The position numbers and the translations under genes were made by a program. A DNA stretch of 64,000 nt from Acidimicrobiales bacterium (lineage in GTDB: Bacteria > Actinomycetota > Acidimicrobiia > Acidimicrobiales > JAJPHD01), in the NCBI GenBank assembly GCA_039583695.1, contig JAVKSL010000005.1:12648-76647 (forward strand). Reading direction: 5' to 3'. The notes below the pieces were generated by a model that saw only the letters and a program-made list of their open reading frames with translations, ran no database searches and had not been told where the DNA came from. How positions within the stretch are numbered: the stretch's first letter is position 1; each line of letters begins with the position of its first letter. Shown in pieces: positions 32,916 through 43,162 of this stretch.

Positions 32916-34201
32916 CCAACACGAACCGAGGTCTGTACGAGCGCGCCTGCCGGGTGATCCCTGGCGGGGTGAGCTCGCCCGTCAGGGCGTTCAAGGCGGT
33001 CGGGGGGACCCCGTACTTCGTGGACCGGGCCGAGGGGGCCTGGTTGGTCGATGTCGAGGGCCGGAGGTACGTGGATTATGTGCAGTCCTACGGAGCCACG
33101 ATCCTCGGTCACGCCCATCCGGCGGTGGTGGAGGCTGTCGCTACAGCGGCCCGTGGTGGTACGACCTACGGGGCACCCACGGAGGGTGAGGTGCTCCTGG
33201 CCGAAGCGATCTGCGAGCGGGTCGCCGGGGTCGAGATGGTGCGGCTGGTCTCGAGCGGGACCGAGGCGGCGATGAGCGCGGTGCGTGTCGCTCGGGGCTT
33301 CACAGCCCGGAGCCGGGTGGTCAAGTTTGCCGGGTGCTACCACGGGCACTCCGACGCCCTCCTGGCGGGGGGGGGTAGCGGGGTGGCCACCTTGGGCCTT
33401 CCCGACTCGGCGGGCGTACCCACCTCGGCGGTCGCGGAGACGCTGGTGGTTCCTTACAACCAGGTCCCCGAGCTGGATGCCGGAGTGGCCTGTGTGATCA
33501 TCGAGCCGGTAGCGGCCAACATGGGCCTGGTACTGCCGGTGCCGGGCTTCCTGGAGGGATTGCGCGCCGCCTGCGACCAGGTCGGCGCCCTGTTGATCTT
33601 CGACGAGGTGATAACGGGGTTTCGCGTGGCGAGGGGAGGTGCTGTTGAGCTGAGCGGGGTCCGGCCCGACCTGTGGTGCTGGGGAAAGGTCATCGGTGGG
33701 GGGCTTCCGATCGGCGCCTTCGGCGGGCGTCGCGAGGTGATGGAGGTCCTTGCTCCGCTGGGCCCGGTGTATCAGGCAGGGACCCTGTCCGGGAACCCGC
33801 TGGCGACTGCCGCTGGCCTGGCGGTGCTCACCCAGCTGGACGCCGCTGCCTACGACCGGCTTTCGGCAACTGCCGCCGAGCTGGCTGAGGGGTTGTCGAC
33901 GGCTGCTCGGGAGGCTGGGGTGGCGCTGCAGGTTCCCCGGGCGCAGTCCCTCTTGGGCCTCGCCTTTGCCGAAGAGCCGGTTACCGACTACGACGGTGCT
34001 CGGGCCGCGGCGTCCAACGGCCGCTACGCCCAGTTCTTTCATGCCATGCTGGCGGCTGGGGTGGCGATGGCCCCCGGCGCCTACGAGGTGGCCTTCCCTG
34101 GACTGGCGCACGGCCAGCTCGAGATCGCCACCACCCTCGAAGCAGCCGCTGCGGCGCTGGCCACGGTCGGAACAGCGGGTCTCACCCAGAGTGGTTCGTG
34201 A
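32912..34201 (+). CDS. hemL: Glutamate-1-semialdehyde 2,1-aminomutase
   Basis: GGVSSPVRAF...SGTEA...FDEVITGFR...GKVIGGGLP (PLP lysine). Confidence 0.93.
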   Translation: MTNTNRGLYERACRVIPGGVSSPVRAFKAVGGTPYFVDRAEGAWLVDVEGRRYVDYVQSYGATILGHAHPAVVEAVATAARGGTTYGAPTEGEVLLAEAICERVAGVEMVRLVSSGTEAAMSAVRVARGFTARSRVVKFAGCYHGHSDALLAGGGSGVATLGLPDSAGVPTSAVAETLVVPYNQVPELDAGVACVIIEPVAANMGLVLPVPGFLEGLRAACDQVGALLIFDEVITGFRVARGGAVELSGVRPDLWCWGKVIGGGLPIGAFGGRREVMEVLAPLGPVYQAGTLSGNPLATAAGLAVLTQLDAAAYDRLSATAAELAEGLSTAAREAGVALQVPRAQSLLGLAFAEEPVTDYDGARAAASNGRYAQFFHAMLAAGVAMAPGAYEVAFPGLAHGQLEIATTLEAAAAALATVGTAGLTQSGS

Positions 34202-34312
34202 TTGCGGTTCCGGCGGGCCCTGAGGGGTCGGACCGACTCCGCCGGCCGTGCTTGACGCAGGCCCGCCCCGTTGCCAGACCGCGCCCAGACGCGCCCCCCG
34301 CCAGCCCCCGGC

Positions 34313-35599
34313 TCAGGCTGCGCCCAGGCGGCTCGGCGCCAGGCGGGCGATCGCGGCCACCGCCCGGTAGGCTGCCTCGGCGGGGCCCAGCTCGTCGGCG
34401 CGGCACAAGTTGGCCATTATCCGCAGCACCCACTCCATGAGGGTGCGGCTGTACATGCTCGTGCCCACCAGGGTGGACATCAGCTCCGGGTAGCCGATCA
34501 GGCGGACAAAGGTCCGCGCCACCTTGTAATAAAGGCCATAGTTGTCGGCCAGCCGGCGCTCGTAGCCCGAAAGCGCCCCCGGGTGCCCGGTGGCGAGCGC
34601 CTCTCCGACGGCAAACGCAGCCATGCGCCCCGTCTCGTATGCGTATGCGATCCCCTCCCCGTTGAACGGGTTGATCGAACCCGCAGCGTCGCCCACCATC
34701 AGGTGCCGCGGCCCGCTCCGGGGCCCCACGGCCAGGCCCATCGGCAGCTTGCCCCCGGTCGGCGGCCCGCACCGGGCCTCCTCGCAGAGCCCCCACGAGG
34801 ACGGTGCGCCGGCCACGAAAGCCTCCATCAACCGGGTCGTGTTCAGCGCCTTGCCTCCCCGCTTGGGGGCCGACGTCGACAGCAGGCCCACGCCCACGTT
34901 CACACGACCGTCTCCCAGAGGGAAGATCCACCCGTAGCCGGGCAGCGCGGTCCCCTCGGCGTCGCGCAGGTCCAGGTGCGACTCGATCCAGCCTTCGGAC
35001 GCCCGGGCCGAGCGGTAGTAGCCCCGGATGGCCAGGCCCATCGGCCAGTCCCGCTCCCGGGCCGCGCCGAGCGCCCTTCCGAAGCGGGAGTTCGCCCCGT
35101 CAGCCACTATGACGAAATGTGCTCGGAGCGCCGCCAGAGCAGTGCCCTCTCCCCCTTTGGTGCGCACCCTCGCCCCCAGCACCGTGCCGCGATCGCCAAG
35201 GATCGGCTCGACCGCCTCGGTGCCCTGGAGGACAGTGGCTCCAGCGCTGCCGGCCCGCTCGGCAACCATCGCATCCAGGTCGGACCGGGTCACGACGTAG
35301 CCGTAGCTCGGGTAGTCGGGATGCGCCGGCCATCCCATCTCCAGCGTCTTGCCCCCGGCCATTGCCCGCAGTCCCTTGTAGCGGTGGTGGTTGGCTGCCA
35401 GCCCCCCGCCCAGGCCCATGTCCTCCAGCTGGCGGACCGCCCGCGGTGTCAGGCCGTCTCCGCAGGTCTTATCGCGTGGAAAGCGCTTGCGCTCGACCAC
35501 GCACACGTCCCAACCCGCGTCTGCCAACCAGTAAGCAGCCGAGGATCCCGACGGACCCCCCCCGATCACCAGCGCATCGTATGTGTGCTCCAGCGGCAT
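34313..35599 (-). CDS. Geranylgeranyl reductase-family FAD-dependent oxidoreductase
   Basis: MPLEHTYDALVIGGGPSGSSAAYWLA. I prefer the ATG at 35599; the track start at 35668 would overlap nuoA. Confidence 0.8.
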   Translation of the reverse strand: MPLEHTYDALVIGGGPSGSSAAYWLADAGWDVCVVERKRFPRDKTCGDGLTPRAVRQLEDMGLGGGLAANHHRYKGLRAMAGGKTLEMGWPAHPDYPSYGYVVTRSDLDAMVAERAGSAGATVLQGTEAVEPILGDRGTVLGARVRTKGGEGTALAALRAHFVIVADGANSRFGRALGAARERDWPMGLAIRGYYRSARASEGWIESHLDLRDAEGTALPGYGWIFPLGDGRVNVGVGLLSTSAPKRGGKALNTTRLMEAFVAGAPSSWGLCEEARCGPPTGGKLPMGLAVGPRSGPRHLMVGDAAGSINPFNGEGIAYAYETGRMAAFAVGEALATGHPGALSGYERRLADNYGLYYKVARTFVRLIGYPELMSTLVGTSMYSRTLMEWVLRIMANLCRADELGPAEAAYRAVAAIARLAPSRLGAA

Positions 35600-35603
35600 T
35601 CGC

Positions 35604-35642
35604 CAGACCCTAGCCTCCGGGCGAATCTTGAGGTAGGGTCTG
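35604..35642. promoter_or_regulatory. 13/14-bp inverted repeat CAGACCCTAGCCTC-N12-GAGGTAGGGTCTG filling the gap between the GGR start and the nuoA start
   Basis: Read directly. The right arm contains the only purine-rich (GAGGTAGGG) stretch before the nuoA ATG at 35646. Confidence 0.4.
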
Positions 35643-35645
35643 GAC

Positions 35646-36098
35646 ATGCCGGCAACGGGGTTCAGCACCTATCTGGGGATCATCTTCCTGATCGTGCTGT
35701 CAACCGGCTTCGCGGCCCTGAACCTTCTGGCGTCGAGGATGCTCGCCCCAAGGCGGGTCACCAAGGCCAAGTCGGCTCCCTACGAGTGTGGGATAGTCCC
35801 CAGCCGGGAGCCGGCGGAGCGCTTTCCAGTGCGCTTCTACTTGATCGCCATGATCTTCGTAATCTTCGACATCGAGATCATCTTCCTGTACCCCTGGGCG
35901 GTGGTGTTTCACCAGCTCGGCACCTTCGGCTTGGTGGAGATACTGGTCTTCTCGGCGGCAGTGCTCGGACCGTTCATCTACCTGATCGCCAACGGCGCGC
36001 TCGACTGGGGCCCGGCCAAGCGCCTGCGCCCGTCGGGGGACCAGATAAGGAGCACCGACTCCACGGTCCGTCGCATCGGACGCGAACAGGGGAGCTGA
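35646..36098 (+). CDS. nuoA: NADH-quinone oxidoreductase subunit A
   Basis: 3-TM protein, YECGI..., FDIEIIFLYPW. First gene of the array. Confidence 0.9.
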   Translation: MPATGFSTYLGIIFLIVLSTGFAALNLLASRMLAPRRVTKAKSAPYECGIVPSREPAERFPVRFYLIAMIFVIFDIEIIFLYPWAVVFHQLGTFGLVEILVFSAAVLGPFIYLIANGALDWGPAKRLRPSGDQIRSTDSTVRRIGREQGS

Positions 36099-36101
36099 GG
36101 G

Positions 36102-36575
36102 GTGGGACTCGAGACCCTCAATCACAACTTCCTGACTGCGCCCATCGAGGAGCTGGTCAAGTGGGCCAGGCGCAACAGTTGCTGGCCAGCGAGCTTTGGC
36201 CTGGCTTGCTGTGCGATCGAGATGATGGCTGCAGGGGCTGCCGACTACGACCTGGCCCGCTTCGGCATGGAGGTGTTCAGGTCCTCCCCCCGCCAGGCCG
36301 ACCTGATGATCGTGGCGGGGCGGGTGAGCCAGAAGATGGCCCCGGTGCTGCGCCAGGTCTACGACCAGATGATGGAGCCCAAGTGGGTCATCTCCATGGG
36401 GGTATGCGCCAGCACTGGTGGGATGTTCAACAACTACGCGATAGTCCAGGGTGTGGACCAGATCGTGCCAGTGGACGTCTACGCGCCGGGTTGCCCACCG
36501 GGTCCCGAGACCCTCATCCACGCCATCCTCACCCTGCATGAGAAGATCCGCACCGGGGCTATCACCCGTCGATGA
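36102..36575 (+). CDS. nuoB: NADH-quinone oxidoreductase subunit B
   Basis: [28 protein letters not shown] (N2 cluster ligands). Confidence 0.92.
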   Translation: MGLETLNHNFLTAPIEELVKWARRNSCWPASFGLACCAIEMMAAGAADYDLARFGMEVFRSSPRQADLMIVAGRVSQKMAPVLRQVYDQMMEPKWVISMGVCASTGGMFNNYAIVQGVDQIVPVDVYAPGCPPGPETLIHAILTLHEKIRTGAITRR

Positions 36576-37009
36576 GCATCGCGGATGTGCGCCACCCCAC
36601 CCGGGCTGCCTATCACGACAGCGCCGCCACCCTGCTGGCGGAGGGCTACGAGATGGTCTCGGACCTGTGTGCGGTCGACTACCTGGCGCACCCATCCAGG
36701 ACCCTGCCCGAGGGGGTCGTGCCGGAGCGCTTCGAGGTGGTGGCCAACCTCCTGTCGATCAGCGAGCCCCGGCGGGTGAGGCTGCGGGTGCAGGTGCCCG
36801 ACTCGGATCCCAGGCTGGACTCCCTGTTCGACCTGTACCCGGGCACCGAGGCGATGGAGCGTGAGGCGTTCGACCTGATGGGCATACGTTTTGAGGGTCA
36901 TCCCGACCTGACCCGGATCCTCATGCCCGAGGACTGGGAGGGCCACCCCCTGCGCAAGGACTACCCGGTGGGCAAGGTGGCGGTTCAGTTCAAGGAGGCG
37001 CCCCGGTGA
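36572..37009 (+). CDS. nuoC: NADH-quinone oxidoreductase subunit C (short, 145 aa)
   Basis: [44 protein letters not shown]. Confidence 0.85.
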   Translation: MSIADVRHPTRAAYHDSAATLLAEGYEMVSDLCAVDYLAHPSRTLPEGVVPERFEVVANLLSISEPRRVRLRVQVPDSDPRLDSLFDLYPGTEAMEREAFDLMGIRFEGHPDLTRILMPEDWEGHPLRKDYPVGKVAVQFKEAPR

Positions 37010-38415
37010 GCACGAACACCCGGGGGGCCAGCCCCCGGAGGGCCCCCCAAACCCCCGACAGCCGGATCGAATCGCCCTTGGGCTCGGCCGGCGGTGCGGG
37101 GACCGTCGCCGAGACCTCCGAGGGGCCCCAGGAGATGAGCTCGCGCACCGCGACCCGCGAGCAGCAGCGCCAGCGTGAGCAGGGGGCGGTGCTGCGCCTC
37201 CCCGAGGGGGTCATCGTGGACCGCGGTGACGTGGACGTCCAGGTTGCCGACGACGAGACGATGATCATCAACATGGGTCCCCAGCACCCCTCGACCCATG
37301 GCGTGCTGCGGCTCATGCTGGAGCTGGACGGTGAGACCATACTGCGGACCAAGCCGATTATCGGCTACCTGCACACCGGCATGGAAAAGACCGGCGAGGA
37401 GCTCACCTACGTGCAGGGCTGCACCAATGTCACCCGCATGGATTATCTGTCCCCGCTGCACAACGAGCTGGTCTTCTCACTGGCCACCGAATCGCTCCTC
37501 AATGTGGAGATGCCGCCCCGGGCGACGTGGATCCGGATGCTCATGTGCGAGCTCAACCGGCTCTCCTCGCACATGCTATGGATGGCGACCAACGGCATGG
37601 ACCTGGGCGCCACCTCGATGATGATCTACGGCTGGCGCGAGCGGGAGGTCATCCTGGCCTTCTTCGAGAAGGTCACCGGCCTGCGCATGAACCACAACTA
37701 CATCCGTCCAGGAGGGGTGGCTGCGGACCTACCCGACGGATGGGAGGACGATGTGGCCGCCATCTGCGACATGGTGGGCCCCCGCCTGGCCGAGTACGAT
37801 CAGATCTTCACCGGCCAGCCGGTGTTTCGCCAGCGCACCGAAGGTGTCGGGGTTATCAGCCCGGAGACGGCGATGGCCCTGTCGGCGACCGGGCCGATCC
37901 TGCGGGCCACAGGCGTGGCCTGGGACCTTCGCCGCAGCATGCCGTATCTCGCCTATGACCAGGTCGACTTCGATGTGATCGTGGGCACTTACGGCGACAC
38001 CTTCGACCGCTACGCGGTCCGGCTGAACGAGATGCGCGAGTCGGTGAGGATCATTCGCCAGATCCTGGAGAAGATGCCATCAGGGGACTACCGGGTCCAG
38101 GACAAGAAGGTCACCCCGCCTCCGCGTGGCCGCATCGACTCCTCCATGGAGGCGTTGATCCACCACTTCAAGCTGTTCACCGAGGGCTTCAAGGTCCCTG
38201 AGGGCGAGACCTACGCGGCCATCGAGTCCCCGAGGGGTGAGCTGGGCTGCTACATGGTCTCCGACGGATCCTCCAAGCCGTACCGGATGCACATCCGCGG
38301 CCCAAGCTTCGTGAACCTCCAGAGCCTGCCCGTATTGCTAAGGGGCGGCCTCATAGCCGATGCTATTGCGGTGATCTCGTCAGTCGACCCGGTTATGGGG
38401 GACGTGGATCGTTGA
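37006..38415 (+). CDS. nuoD: NADH-quinone oxidoreductase subunit D (with a low-complexity N-terminal extension)
   Basis: NMGPQHPSTHGVLRL...GYLHTGMEK...IRGPSFVNL. Confidence 0.92.
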   Translation: MSTNTRGASPRRAPQTPDSRIESPLGSAGGAGTVAETSEGPQEMSSRTATREQQRQREQGAVLRLPEGVIVDRGDVDVQVADDETMIINMGPQHPSTHGVLRLMLELDGETILRTKPIIGYLHTGMEKTGEELTYVQGCTNVTRMDYLSPLHNELVFSLATESLLNVEMPPRATWIRMLMCELNRLSSHMLWMATNGMDLGATSMMIYGWREREVILAFFEKVTGLRMNHNYIRPGGVAADLPDGWEDDVAAICDMVGPRLAEYDQIFTGQPVFRQRTEGVGVISPETAMALSATGPILRATGVAWDLRRSMPYLAYDQVDFDVIVGTYGDTFDRYAVRLNEMRESVRIIRQILEKMPSGDYRVQDKKVTPPPRGRIDSSMEALIHHFKLFTEGFKVPEGETYAAIESPRGELGCYMVSDGSSKPYRMHIRGPSFVNLQSLPVLLRGGLIADAIAVISSVDPVMGDVDR

Positions 38416-38434
38416 CGGGGGAAGGGAAAAGCTG

Positions 38435-39127
38435 ATGACCAGCCCTGGGGGGCTCTCTGCGGAGACCGCGGCGCGCGCCGCGGCGCTGGTGGCGCTTTAC
38501 CCGCAGCCGCGCTCGGCGCTGGTGCCGATCTGCCATCTGGCCCAGGCAGCCGACGGTTACCTGACCAGGGAGGCGATGGCCGACATCGCCTCCCTGGTCG
38601 GGGTGAGCGCGGCTGAGGTGCTGGGAACTGCCAGCTTCTACGACATGCTCCACACCACCCCGGTGGGCCGTTACCTGGTGGGGATCTGCACCAACGTGGC
38701 CTGCCTGCTCTCGGGTGGCGAGGCCCTGCTGGCCCACGCCGAGGAGCGTCTCGGCGTGCGGGCCGGAGGAACCAGCCCGGACGGGACATTCACCCTGGAG
38801 GAGCTGGAGTGCGTGGCGTTGTGTGACCGGGCGCCGTGCGCCACGGTCAACTGGCGGTACTTCGGCCCGCTCACCAACGAGGGCTTCGACACCCTGGTAG
38901 ACGATCTGGCAGCCGGGAACCTGGCCGAGGAGGTCCCCCCGCACGGCACCCTCAACCGGGTGCGCCGGAATGGCGGGCTGACCGTGTCCAGGGAGAAGGT
39001 CCTGGCCGAGCGAGCCCGACAGGACTGTTCCCGCGCGGCGCGCAAGGACGCAGCCGACGCGGTGGCCGCAGCTCGAGCCGAGCTGGAGAAGGCGCACGAG
39101 GCCAAGGGTGGGGACGCCCGCAAGTGA
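38435..39127 (+). CDS. nuoE: NADH-quinone oxidoreductase subunit E
   Basis: ICTNVACLLSGG...ECVALCDRAPC (2Fe-2S). Confidence 0.9.
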   Translation: MTSPGGLSAETAARAAALVALYPQPRSALVPICHLAQAADGYLTREAMADIASLVGVSAAEVLGTASFYDMLHTTPVGRYLVGICTNVACLLSGGEALLAHAEERLGVRAGGTSPDGTFTLEELECVALCDRAPCATVNWRYFGPLTNEGFDTLVDDLAAGNLAEEVPPHGTLNRVRRNGGLTVSREKVLAERARQDCSRAARKDAADAVAAARAELEKAHEAKGGDARK

Positions 39128-40431
39128 TCACCGACGCCGCTCCCATCGTGACCGCCCGGCTTCGGGCCAACCCTGACTCGCACACCTTGGAGCGCTACCT
39201 GGCGACCAGGGGGTACCTGGCCCTTCGAAAGGCGCTCTCGATGCACCCCGAGGAGGTGTGCGCCGAGGTAAATCGCGCCAGCCTGCTGGGCCGCGGTGGT
39301 GCGGGTTTCCCCGCAGGGCGCAAGTGGTCGATGCTGCGACCCAACCCGGTGCGTTACCTGGCGGTCAACGGGGACGAGTCCGAGCCGGCCACCTTCAAGG
39401 ACCACCTGCTCATCGAGCGTGATCCTCACCAGATCATCGAGGGCTCGGTGATAACCGCCTTCGCCATCGGCGCCACCCAGGTGTTCATCTACGTCCGGGG
39501 CGAGTTCGCCCTCGGCCTCGAGCGCATGCAGACCGCCCTCAACGAGGCTTACCGCTACGGCGCGGTGGGCAACGACATCTTTGGCTCGGGCTTCTCGCTC
39601 GACGTGGTGCTCCACCCCGGCGCCGGTGCCTACATCTGCGGAGACGAGACCGGCCTGCTGGAGAGCCTGGAAGGCAAGCGGGGCTTTCCCCGGATCAAGC
39701 CCCCCTACTACCCCGCGGTCATGGGTTTGTACAATGAGCCGACGGTGGTGAACAACGTGGAGACCTTGTCCAACGTCCCCTGGATCGTCCTCAACGGGGG
39801 TGCCGCTTTCGCCAGGCTAGGCGAGGGGGCCTCGACCGGCACCCGCATGTTCTCGCTCTCCGGCCACGTGCGCCGCCCAGGAAACTACGAGGTGGAGATG
39901 GCCAAGACCACCTTTGCGGACCTGATCCACGCCCCGGTGTACGGCCAGGGCATCCGCGGAGGCCACGAGCTCAAGTGCTTCATCCCCGGCGGGGCGTCGT
40001 CGCCCTGGTTCGGCCCGGAGCAGGTCGGCCTCCCCTTGGCCGCCGACGCGGTGGGCAAGGCAGGCTCGATGCTCGGCTCGGGCTCGATCGTGGTCATGGA
40101 CGAGACCACATGCGTGGTGCGGGTGGCCTGGCGGATCACCCGCTTCTTCCACCGCGAGTCCTGCGGCCAGTGCACACCGTGCCGGGAGGGCGGTGGGTGG
40201 CTGGAGAAGATCATCCGGCGCATCGAGCTGGGCTCTGGGCGCGAGGAGGACATCGACCTGCTGATGGACGTCTGCGACAACATCTCGCCGGGTCTTCACT
40301 ACTGGCCCCCTGAGCAGACCACGATCTGCCCCCTGGGCCCATCGATCCCGCCGGCCATCGTGTGCAGCATCCGCATGTTCCGCGACGATTACCTGCGCCA
40401 CATCAAAGACGGGGCGTGTCCCCATGCCTGA
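39124..40431 (+). CDS. nuoF: NADH-quinone oxidoreductase subunit F
   Basis: GRGGAGFPAGRKW, ESCGQCTPCREG. The GTG at 39124 overlaps the nuoE stop. Confidence 0.92.
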   Translation: MITDAAPIVTARLRANPDSHTLERYLATRGYLALRKALSMHPEEVCAEVNRASLLGRGGAGFPAGRKWSMLRPNPVRYLAVNGDESEPATFKDHLLIERDPHQIIEGSVITAFAIGATQVFIYVRGEFALGLERMQTALNEAYRYGAVGNDIFGSGFSLDVVLHPGAGAYICGDETGLLESLEGKRGFPRIKPPYYPAVMGLYNEPTVVNNVETLSNVPWIVLNGGAAFARLGEGASTGTRMFSLSGHVRRPGNYEVEMAKTTFADLIHAPVYGQGIRGGHELKCFIPGGASSPWFGPEQVGLPLAADAVGKAGSMLGSGSIVVMDETTCVVRVAWRITRFFHRESCGQCTPCREGGGWLEKIIRRIELGSGREEDIDLLMDVCDNISPGLHYWPPEQTTICPLGPSIPPAIVCSIRMFRDDYLRHIKDGACPHA

Positions 40432-43162
40432 GCAGGTGACGCTCATCGTGGACGGCCGGGAGGTCCCGGCCCAAAAGGGTGAGAAGCTGATCGCCGCAGC
40501 CGAGCGGGGGGGCACCTACATCCCCCGATTCTGCTACCACCCCCGGATGCGCTCGGTGGGGATGTGCCGCATGTGCCTGGTCGAGGTCAAAGGACCGCGG
40601 GGCTATTCCCTCCAACCGGCGTGCTACATGGACGTGGCGCCGGGCATGGAGATCATCACCAGCTCCACCAAGGTCCGCAAAGCCCAAGACGGCGTGCTGG
40701 AGATGCTGCTGGTCAACCACCCCCTCGACTGCCCGGTGTGTGACAAGGGAGGCGAGTGCCCCCTGCAGGACCAGACCCTCACCTTTGGCCCCGGCGAGAG
40801 CCGTTTCGTGGAGGAGAAGCGTCACTGGGACAAGCCGATCCCGATCTCCACGCTGGTCTACCTGGACCGGGAGCGCTGCATCCAATGCGACCGCTGCACC
40901 CGCTTTGCCAGCGAGGTGGCCGGCGAGCCGCTGATCAACTTCGCCGGCCGGGGAGACCAAGTCGAGGTGGGCATCTTTCCCGGCCAGCCGTTCAAGTCGT
41001 ACTTCAGCGGCAACACCGTGCAGATCTGCCCGGTTGGCGCGCTGACTGCCACGCCGTACCGCTTCAAGGCCCGCCCTTGGGACCTGGAACAGGTCGAGTC
41101 GACTTGCACCAGCTGCTCGGTCGGCTGCCGGGTGGCCGTGCAGTCCTCCTCCAACCACGTGATCCGCTACCTGGGCGTGGACTCTGACCCGGTGAACCAG
41201 TCATGGCTGTGCGACAAGGGTCGCTTCGACTTCGAGGCCATCAGCTCGCCCCGCCGCCTCACCCAACCGTTGGTCAAGCGTGGTGACGACGAGATCGAGG
41301 CCTCCTGGGCGGAGGCCCTGGCGGCGGCTGCGCGGGGCATCGGCGAGGTGGCCAAGCTGCACGGGCCGAACGCGGTGGCGGTCATCGGCGGCGCCCGCCT
41401 GGCCAACGAGGATGCCTACGCTTGGGCCAAGCTGGCCAAGGGGATCATCGGCACCGACTCGACCGACGCCCGCCTCGGTGACGGGCTGCTTGCGGAGGCG
41501 GTCCTAGGCCTGCCCCGGGCGACCATCCAGGAGGCCTGCAACGCCAGGGCCGTGCTGACCCTGGCCCCCGACCTCTCCGAGGAGCTCCCGATCCTGCACC
41601 TGCGCCTGCGCTGCGCGGTGGTGGAGGCCGGCCTCCCGATCGTCGAGCTGACCCCGGCCCGCAGCGGCATAAGCCTTCTGGCTCGCATAACGCTCACCTA
41701 CCGCCCCGGGGAAGCGCTCGATCTGGTGCGCCAGCTCTTGGGCAAAGATGGAGTCCGTTCGGCCGGCCCATCCGCGCCCAGCACCCCCGGTGGCGCCGGC
41801 GCCCAGGCCGCAGCGCTGGCCCAGGCCAGGGAGCTGCTGGGTATCGGGGAAGCCAGTCCTGGAGATGGCGTCGTGGTGATCCTCGGGCGGCCGTCGCTTG
41901 CCGAGACCGCGTCCAGCGTGTTGGCTGGGGTGGCTGGGCTGGTCGAGGCGCTGCCGGGGGCGAAGTGGCTGCCCGCTGGGCGTCGGGCCAACATCAACGG
42001 GGCACTTGACATGGGCCTGGCGCCGGGAATGCTGCCCGGCAGGGTGACGCTGGAGGGCGGCAGGGCGCGCTACACCAGGGCCTGGGGCAGGGTCCCGGAG
42101 CACAGGGGGTCCGGGACCACCGGCTCCCTGGCCCGAGCGGCTGGGGGCGAGCCGATTGCGCTGATCCTGCTTGGCGCCGATCCGATCTCGGACTTCCCCG
42201 ACAAGCGCCTGGCACGCATGGCGCTGGATCGAGCGGCATTCGTGTGCTCGGTGGACTGCCTGCCCAACGCCTCGAATGCCCGCGCCGATGTGGTGCTGCC
42301 CGCGGCGATGTACGCCGAGCGGGCCGGGACCACCACCAACCTGGAGGGCCGCATCACCCGCCTGGCCCAGAAGGTCGTTCCGCCGGGTAACTGCCTGCCG
42401 GACTGGATGATTGCCTCCGAGCTGGCAACTGCGCTCGGTGCCGACCTGGGCCTGGACTCCCTGGATGCGATCTGGGACGAGATCGCCGCGCTTGCGCCAT
42501 CGCATGTGGGCATCACCCGGGCGGCGTTGGCAGCTCCGGGGGCCAGGGACGGGCTGATCGCGCCGCTGCCGACGACTCCGGTCACCCTCGGGGGGCGACC
42601 CCCCGGGCACCCCCCAGGGCTGCCGGCACTCGACCCGATGGCCACACCTGGCCTATCCTCGGCCGAGATGCTCGCGGACCCAGACGTCGAGGGAGCGCCT
42701 GAGTCCTGGACCGCGGCAGGCCCGGGCCCAGCCGCGCAGGTGGTCGGTGGTCACGGAGGGGACCCCAGCATCGGGGCCATCTCTCCTCCGAGCCTGGTCA
42801 GCTTTGCTGGGGCCATTCGCGCCCCCGAGGTTCCCCGGCCCGACGCATACGGGTTGCGCCTGGTGGTTGGTCGCTCATTGTTCGACCAGGGGACCCTGCT
42901 GGGGGCGTGCCCGTCCCTGGCGCCGCTGTCTGCCACGCCCCGCCTGCGGGTGAACCCGTACGACCTGGATCGGCTGGGCAAGGCGACCGGGGATCGGGTC
43001 CGGGCGCACACGGCCCGCGCTGCCACCGTCGTTGAGGTCATCGCCGATGCCGGGGTGGTGCGGGGTACCGCAGTGCTGGGTTTCAACCTGGCCGGCGGCG
43101 GGGCAGGGGACCTCATCGACGTCACCGCGGCGGTCACCGACATCCGCCTGGAGAGCACCTGA
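40424..43162 (+). CDS. nuoG: NADH-quinone oxidoreductase subunit G (912 aa)
   Basis: CYHPRMRSVGMCRMCLVEV, HPLDCPVCDKGGECPLQD, CIQCDRCTRF. Confidence 0.92.
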   Translation: MPEQVTLIVDGREVPAQKGEKLIAAAERGGTYIPRFCYHPRMRSVGMCRMCLVEVKGPRGYSLQPACYMDVAPGMEIITSSTKVRKAQDGVLEMLLVNHPLDCPVCDKGGECPLQDQTLTFGPGESRFVEEKRHWDKPIPISTLVYLDRERCIQCDRCTRFASEVAGEPLINFAGRGDQVEVGIFPGQPFKSYFSGNTVQICPVGALTATPYRFKARPWDLEQVESTCTSCSVGCRVAVQSSSNHVIRYLGVDSDPVNQSWLCDKGRFDFEAISSPRRLTQPLVKRGDDEIEASWAEALAAAARGIGEVAKLHGPNAVAVIGGARLANEDAYAWAKLAKGIIGTDSTDARLGDGLLAEAVLGLPRATIQEACNARAVLTLAPDLSEELPILHLRLRCAVVEAGLPIVELTPARSGISLLARITLTYRPGEALDLVRQLLGKDGVRSAGPSAPSTPGGAGAQAAALAQARELLGIGEASPGDGVVVILGRPSLAETASSVLAGVAGLVEALPGAKWLPAGRRANINGALDMGLAPGMLPGRVTLEGGRARYTRAWGRVPEHRGSGTTGSLARAAGGEPIALILLGADPISDFPDKRLARMALDRAAFVCSVDCLPNASNARADVVLPAAMYAERAGTTTNLEGRITRLAQKVVPPGNCLPDWMIASELATALGADLGLDSLDAIWDEIAALAPSHVGITRAALAAPGARDGLIAPLPTTPVTLGGRPPGHPPGLPALDPMATPGLSSAEMLADPDVEGAPESWTAAGPGPAAQVVGGHGGDPSIGAISPPSLVSFAGAIRAPEVPRPDAYGLRLVVGRSLFDQGTLLGACPSLAPLSATPRLRVNPYDLDRLGKATGDRVRAHTARAATVVEVIADAGVVRGTAVLGFNLAGGGAGDLIDVTAAVTDIRLEST

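Noticed and set aside
34271-36695. 756-aa (+) ORF 34271-36541 and 331-aa (-) ORF 35700-36695
   Set aside because: They run through the geranylgeranyl reductase gene in antisense and through nuoA/nuoB out of frame. The overlapped genes have unmistakable motifs and these ORFs have none.
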